DNA from: a virus
Taxonomy: Duplodnaviria; Caudoviricetes
Strand: one strand, 5' to 3'
DNA: 57,140 nt
Virus record (IMG/VR): IMGVR_UViG_3300024054_000020
Coordinates: 1 to 57,140 of that record
Shown here: positions 55,026-57,140 of the stretch, piece by piece
Layout of the letters: every line of letters starts with the position of its first letter
Position numbering within the stretch: position 1 is the first letter of the stretch
Notes under the pieces: model-generated
What the model saw: only the letters and a program-made list of their open reading frames with translations
Told to the model about the DNA's origin: nothing
The model's database searches: none
Made by a program: the position numbers and the translations under genes

Positions 55026-55568
55026 ATGGCACAATACGTACAATGGACAGTAACAGGACTGACAGATCCAGAGCAAACGTCAGAGGTTCCGTATTATGAG
55101 ATGGGTACACTCAATGCGACAGCAGAAGCACAGTGGGTAACCGACGACGGTGGTAACCCTCCAGTCATTACAGGTCAGGAGTTATTATTAGTGAATATTT
55201 CGTGCAGACTGTACGGAATGAACTATGAAAATGGTCAGAAAACAGCAAAAATGCAGGGAATCATTGAGGACGCGTTCGTGAGAAACTTAGATTACTTAGT
55301 GGACAACCCTGAGCCACTCAACCGTACGTATGGTGAGGCGGACAGAATCTCAGCGCTCCCCGAGCAAAAGCTCTTTCTGTATGGATACTACAAGGAGCAA
55401 ACAGCAAAGAAACAAGTTCCAGTTACACTCACAGCAGTGCATCCGATTACGAGGGAAGTCAAGGGCACCGCAGAGTACTACGTAACAGTCATTAACACAT
55501 ACAATGATGGAGAGGTAGTGCAGCAGATCTTAGCAGATCACGCAGAGTGGAGACCGCCGTTTGTTTAA
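55026..55568 (+). CDS. hypothetical (baseplate region) protein
   Basis: ORF between gp5 and PAAR. Confidence 0.6.
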   Translation: MAQYVQWTVTGLTDPEQTSEVPYYEMGTLNATAEAQWVTDDGGNPPVITGQELLLVNISCRLYGMNYENGQKTAKMQGIIEDAFVRNLDYLVDNPEPLNRTYGEADRISALPEQKLFLYGYYKEQTAKKQVPVTLTAVHPITREVKGTAEYYVTVINTYNDGEVVQQILADHAEWRPPFV

Positions 55569-55762
55569 AGAATTCCGATCTGAGTCCATCGATCAACAAC
55601 GTCGTTAGTAAGCTCGTCAGGAATCTCAAAAGGAATTTCCCACGTATGGTCGTGCAAGTGAGCAATAAATTTGGATTTTTCGAACGTTTCTCCGCACAAA
55701 TAGCAGGTAAATTCATTTTCGCACATAAATATTACCATATTAAATAGAACATATAAAGATTT

Positions 55763-56047
55763 ATGCCTGCTGCAATTCGCTTCCTCGATTTAACTATTGG
55801 ACATTGTTTCCAGCCGTATCCGTTAATAACAGCATCAGGTAACACGTACTATAATAGTAGGGGAGCAGGAAGGATAGGCGATAAGTATCCGACGCATTGT
55901 TGTTCCAATAAATGTCATACTGGAGTACAAGCACAGGGTAGCCCCAACGTATTCGTCAACGGTAGAGCACAAGCGAGAGTAGCAGACGCAGTCACGTGTG
56001 GAGACCACGCCGGAGGCACAGCGAGTCCGAATGTATTCATTAATTAA
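55763..56047 (+). CDS. PAAR spike-tip protein (gp5.4-like)
   Basis: MPAAIR..D..GH, GSPNVFVNG. Confidence 0.88.
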   Translation: MPAAIRFLDLTIGHCFQPYPLITASGNTYYNSRGAGRIGDKYPTHCCSNKCHTGVQAQGSPNVFVNGRAQARVADAVTCGDHAGGTASPNVFIN

Positions 56048-56128
56048 GCAATGTAATTACAGACACATAATAAAAAATAGTAGCAAAAACTCATTTTTAC
56101 AATAGACGCAGGCTATGGAGAAAAACGC

Positions 56129-56515
56129 ATGGTACAGGCAATGTATAAAGATTTAGACGTTAGCTTCGTGAAACATCCAGGTAATCGCGACATACTCCGG
56201 AAGTACGATGTAGCAGCAGTGAAGCAAGCGTTGCGCAACTTGCTCCTCAGCAACCAGTACGATAAGCCATTCGATCCTTCTTATGGTCTCGGTCTATATG
56301 GATACCTATTCGAAAATTTCAGTCCAGCTATGCGTATTGTGTTGAAGCGCAAAATCACAGAGCAAGTCGAGCAATATGAACCTAGAGTGGTCATTGAGGA
56401 CGTACAGTTACTCGATCAGCTTGACTCGAATGAACTCGTACTCAAAGTGTTATTCTACGTGAAGGGGGACCCAGAGCCACATGACCTTAACGTAGCTATG
56501 GAACGCACTAGGTAA
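56129..56515 (+). CDS. 25: baseplate wedge subunit (gp25-like)
   Basis: YKDLDVSF..HP...AVKQALRNL...YEPRV. Confidence 0.9.
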   Translation: MVQAMYKDLDVSFVKHPGNRDILRKYDVAAVKQALRNLLLSNQYDKPFDPSYGLGLYGYLFENFSPAMRIVLKRKITEQVEQYEPRVVIEDVQLLDQLDSNELVLKVLFYVKGDPEPHDLNVAMERTR

Positions 56516-56559
56516 TCTAAAGTGATCTCCGCCATCTTAGACACACTAGAAGATGTGTC

Positions 56560-57005
56560 AGAACAACTCAGTAAGTTATTCTCTGCTCCAATGTATGCTG
56601 AGGCGCCTCAGGTGACCTCAGATGATGCAGAGTATACTGCGTTAATGTATTACTCTGCTCAGTGTATGTGATACTTCCGGAGATGTGCTGAGATTGGTTG
56701 AGTAAGCCTGAGATAACTTACGATAACCTGAGATGATTTGAGTAATGCTGAGGAGGTCGTAAGTATGCTTCCGCGACCTTCAGTATGCTTCAGAGGTCTT
56801 TAGTATGCTGCAGCAACACTGCTGATAACCTGAGATCTATTCCGTAAACCTGAGATGTCTCTAGTAATACTGAGACCTTATCGAGTATGCTTCAAAGATC
56901 TCAAGTATGCTTAAGCAAGCCTGAGATGACTTGAGTGGTGCTGAGATGCCTCTAGATAATCTGAGGCCTTAGTGAGTATACTTCAGAGGTCTTCAGTATG
57001 CTTAT
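56560..57005. repeat. degenerate 20-bp-periodic repeat tract
   Basis: CTGAG at 56688/56708/56728/56748, 56830/56850/56870, 56921/56941/56961; AGTATGCT at 56762/56782/56802, 56884/56904, 56995. Confidence 0.75.
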
Positions 57006-57140
57006 TGTACTTCAGGTGGGGCTTGTAATCTGTACTTCATGAAGTCCTCATCTCCAGTTGCTATGTGAGCGAGGTTACCTTCCTTCGTTGTCTTGAATGC
57101 ATCTATAGGTAAAAAGGTGCGATCAAATCTATTATGCCAT

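Noticed and set aside
56560-57005. CRISPR array
   Set aside because: Units are short, degenerate and 20-nt periodic without unique spacers; no cas genes
1-57140. Genome-wide TAG reassignment (code 15) suggested by the CUA tRNA
   Set aside because: Core genes are intact in the standard code and several end cleanly at TAG (29769, 31348, 42556); only one in-frame TAG gene was seen

Overview
A 57-kb piece of an AT-rich T4-like (myovirus) phage genome, probably infecting a proteobacterium. From left to right: spanin pair; primase, ThyX, dUTPase and class II RNR; an accessory block (nucleotidyltransferase, MoxR AAA plus vWA-metallopeptidase, bL12-domain protein, RpoZ-like protein, DsbA, SLT, QueD); a ~13.5-kb RNA island (15.6-29.1 kb); an RNA-repair-rich early region (PNK, two RNA ligases, phosphoesterases, TROVE/vWA-like DUF2828); gp33, gp59, gp32; the tail/baseplate module (gp29-like, gp51, gp26, gp54, gp2, gp4, gp48, gp53, gp27-like, gp5, PAAR, gp25); and a 20-bp-periodic non-coding repeat tract. 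By manual reading the RNA island holds ~38 tRNA genes covering all 20 amino acids plus an amber (CUA) tRNA, a permuted tmRNA, a compact RNase P RNA, a GOLLD-like large ncRNA, a group I intron in tRNA-Leu(UAA) and several unexplained structured RNAs. The most striking unannotated element sits directly upstream of the island: a 26-codon leader ORF using 19 of 20 amino acids (23 distinct codons), joined to a textbook antiterminator/terminator switch. It looks like a general tRNA-depletion-sensing attenuator controlling the phage tRNA array. All calls come from manual inspection; no searches or folding programs were run.
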